Part shown: positions 61,054 to 64,000 of the stretch, piece after piece
Numbering within the stretch: position 1 is the stretch's first letter
Layout of the letters: each line of letters begins with the position of its first letter
Position numbers and translations under genes: made by a program
The notes under the pieces: generated by a model
What the model was told of the DNA's origin: nothing
Database searches by the model: none
Seen by the model: only the letters and a program-made list of their open reading frames with translations
Assembly: GCA_965644295.1 (NCBI GenBank)
Contig: CBFFRP010000146.1
Span: forward strand, 496,001 to 560,000
Direction: 5' to 3'
DNA: 64,000 nucleotides
From: Paraphysomonas bandaiensis
Lineage: Eukaryota; Protista; Chrysophyceae

Positions 61054-61859
61054 CAGGATTAGGGAACAATATATTGCAATACTATTGTTAGATAGCGTTC
61101 CATCAATAGTATTGATGGAGTTTTTAAACCGGCCCTACAATACTATTGCAATATATTGTACAATATATTGTCATATATCATATAATAGTACGAATTATCA
61201 GTAAGTAAACATATCCGTAGTTTTCAGTACTTATCATTAAAAGGTCTAAGGTCACTTGTTGATAATCAGACCCACTACTCTTAACTGATTAAAAGTTTCC
61301 TCATACTCATCCTCTGAGCCATCATCGGTGACATAATCACCACCATTTACATCCAATATTAATTAAAATATGCTTGCATCCGGCCACAACTGTCGGTTAG
61401 CTTTCAGAAACAACAGCATATTAAGTGTAGTAGGATGCATACGTTTGTGCAACACTCATATAATCAGTTTTGCTGCGCTGAACAGGCGTTCACATGTATT
61501 GGAAGTACATACTACCTGACTCGTGCACCTGCACTTAGATATTTCATCTTTCCGTTTCTTCAATTTTTGATCTGATTGAAGAATGTTCTCCACTTAGCTA
61601 TCCAACTTCTGCTTCATCATCCTCTGTATTGTTGCAATAATCACTGTCTGAACGGACATTTATATACATGGACATATATTTTTTACCCTACAGTTAAGAA
61701 TATTTCTGTATACTGTATATTATGACTATCATAATATTGATTGCAATATATTGTGAGCTACTTTAACAGAAACTATATGATTGATGGAATATTTGACCAG
61801 TCCACCAATCAATATATTGTACAATGTATTGCAATACAATACATTGTTCCCTATTCCTG
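61054..61859 (-). mobile_element. Non-autonomous hAT DNA transposon, copy B (inverted relative to A)
   Basis: Same TIRs. Minus-strand relic VCTSNTCERLFSAAKLII*VLHKRMHPTTLNMLLFLKANRQLWPDA at ~61375-61515. No intact TSD. Confidence 0.88.
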
Positions 61860-62011
61860 GTATATATACTAATCTATACTAGTAATTGCACGAAGAAATA
61901 ATACGAGTAAAATTAAATTATTATCACAATCATACAACTAATGCCCAACACTATACCAGGCTAACAATATGATTACATATTATCAATGAAAAAATTAATA
62001 ATTTCGAATAT

Positions 62012-64000
62012 CTAGCCTCTGTTAGGTGATAGGGAATAATCTGTTAAGCAGGATGAATCTTGTTCAGCGTCAGACGACGACACATACCAGGAACAACTCC
62101 CCTCATCATGCCCACATGCTACAACAGATGAAGCTGCCGACATATCGTCAGCAGAGATACCATCACTCCCGATTTCCGGGGTGTAGTCACCAAGCTCAGT
62201 TCTCTTACCCTGGAATTTCATATCAGATGGAATATCATTTATCGCAAATATAGGTCCAATAGAAACTTTAGAAGGGCTAGTACCAGATGCCAGACATCGA
62301 ATATACGCCATTTCGTCAGGAGTAAAGTGCTCGACATATACTTCCGTGTCACTCTTAGATTCTGAGTTCGCCGGCACCACGGAACGCTCAGACCCTCGGT
62401 ACCGCGTCTTTTGTACTCTCCATGCATTTAAAGCGAATTTCGCAACAGTTTTCCACACTAACAATGATTGGTATTTGCACTTTTTCGAAGGTTGGGAAAA
62501 ATGATATCCAGAGTGAGAATGCTGAAGTCTGAGCTGCTCCTCTCTAGCTTGAGATTCGAACACCATTTCAGTTAGAGACTTTATTTTATCTTGGGCGGCA
62601 CTGAGTTGTTTGACCAGAGACGAAGATATTAAATCATCGGCGCCAGACGTGTCACCAGGCCAACTGCCACAAGACGAGGACTGGTTCCATGAGCACTGCA
62701 CAACATATTTAAATATATACAGAAAAAGCTATTAACATGGTACCTGAGAGTGTAATGACTCTATGCTGCTTTGTAGTGAATATGCACTTGACACATGCTG
62801 TTCTGTAACAGAAAATTCAGAAGTCGAAGAGCAGTCACCTAGTTGCGACTTTAAATTTTCCTGTGCCTGGGGCTCATAATCAGAGGTATGTGTAGTTTTT
62901 GTGGCTTCTTCGGCAAGATTATCTACAATACTCTCCAGCTTTTTGAGCTCCTTATCTTTTCTTGAGATGCTAATCCGTAATTGCGAACACTGTTCTTTTA
63001 AACTACTCCTTTCGTTTGATATTTCTAGCAGCTGAGTTTCTAAAGCTACTACACGAGACATTGCAGCACTGGCTTTTCCCCGCCATTCCTCGATTGCAGA
63101 GCGCAAGGATTCACGAGCACGTGCCCACTCAGTCTCGCGAGACTGGGCCTCCTGAATAACAGTTTGCAGTTGTCCCAATAATGGTCCCACAATATCTTCC
63201 GATGCTTCTTTCGCGGCAACTGAAGCCGACGTGGCAGCGACCTGAAAAGACGAAGATTCATTTGATTTAAGAATAGCTTCTTTCTCAGACAGCAACGTGG
63301 AGTATTTCTCTTCCCAGGAAACACACTGTGAACATTCACCACTCCAGACATCACTAGTTATGGTGGAAACATCTTTCGAGTCGCACTTGACAATTTCACT
63401 GCGTACAGAAATTGCAGATTTAAGGGAATCTGCTTCTTCGGACAGAGAAGAAAATTGCTGGAGCACTTTGGAGTATTTCATCTCCATCCTACTAAGTGCT
63501 TTAATGGAGTCTGTTAATTCCTTTTCAGAATCAGTCAAAGAAACTGTGAGTTTATCTCTTTCTACACGAAGGTTAGAAAGCTCCTTCTGTTGTTTCTCAA
63601 ACTGCTGAGTTACTTGCTGCAATTGCTCACTTAAATCACGAATCTCAGTAGTATGTTTCTCCATGTTAGCATTTAGTGAGTCTTCCGCTGACACCGATAG
63701 ACTTTGGTAATGATCACGTTCAATTTTTAATTCTTCAAACTGTAGATCATACCTCTCTTTACAAGTTTTCAATAGGTGCTCTGCTTCAACAACAGCATTT
63801 TGCAATTCAAAGCATTGCGATTTCGCTTCAAGCATCTTTTTGTTTGTTTGATCATTGGTTTTCTCGATATTAGATAAAGCATCGCTTAGTGCAGTATTCT
63901 CTGCGCGCAGTTCAAGAATCTTTGCATGACTTTCTTCCTCACATTTTCTAAATTTATCTTCCATTTCACAGATCTCGTTGCGGAGGGAAATTCTCTGCGT
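62012..64000 (-). CDS. Long coiled-coil protein, 3' part (5' end outside the window)
   Basis: Heptad-rich ORF 62732..63964, joined by a short intron (~62698-62743) to ORF 62012..62701. Confidence 0.7.

Noticed and set aside
1-64000. tRNA, rRNA and spliceosomal snRNA genes
   Set aside because: No cloverleaf with A/B boxes and no recognisable rRNA or snRNA sequence seen by eye. tRNAscan-SE and cmscan would be needed to exclude them.

Overview
Gene-dense eukaryotic nuclear DNA with short (about 45-60 nt) GT-AG introns. It is most consistent with a flagellated, plastid-bearing stramenopile (chrysophyte/ochrophyte-like), inferred from gene content. About 22 protein-coding genes are present. Housekeeping and trafficking genes: family-16 methyltransferase, AAAP/SLC38 amino-acid transporter, plastid-type phosphate translocator, Acinus, VPS26C, AsnRS, TBL2-like WD40, GET4, CRAL-TRIO, DCAF13/SOF1 and a mitochondrial carrier. 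Other genes: an ankyrin-SAM kinase with tyrosine-kinase motifs, HOP2, a tail-anchored golgin with a near-perfect 105-bp coding repeat, CSTPP1, a four-domain voltage-gated cation channel, an F-box/TMEM185 fusion, a degenerate SNF2-like protein, a NACHT/coiled-coil fusion and several hypothetical proteins. Most genes sit in head-to-head pairs whose start codons are about 450-550 bp apart. Mobile DNA comprises a Tc1/mariner-type MITE, three internally deleted hAT elements (two of them forming a 1.6-kb palindrome) and an AT-rich dispersed repeat. The two most striking items are (1) a two-copy, ~370-400 nt non-coding element with compensatory base changes across several helices and an HDV-ribozyme-like pseudoknot module, and (2) the four-domain channel, which combines an E-K-E-E filter, an IFM-like VFM motif and a DEP domain in the II-III linker. 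All family calls are by motif recognition by eye; no searches were run.
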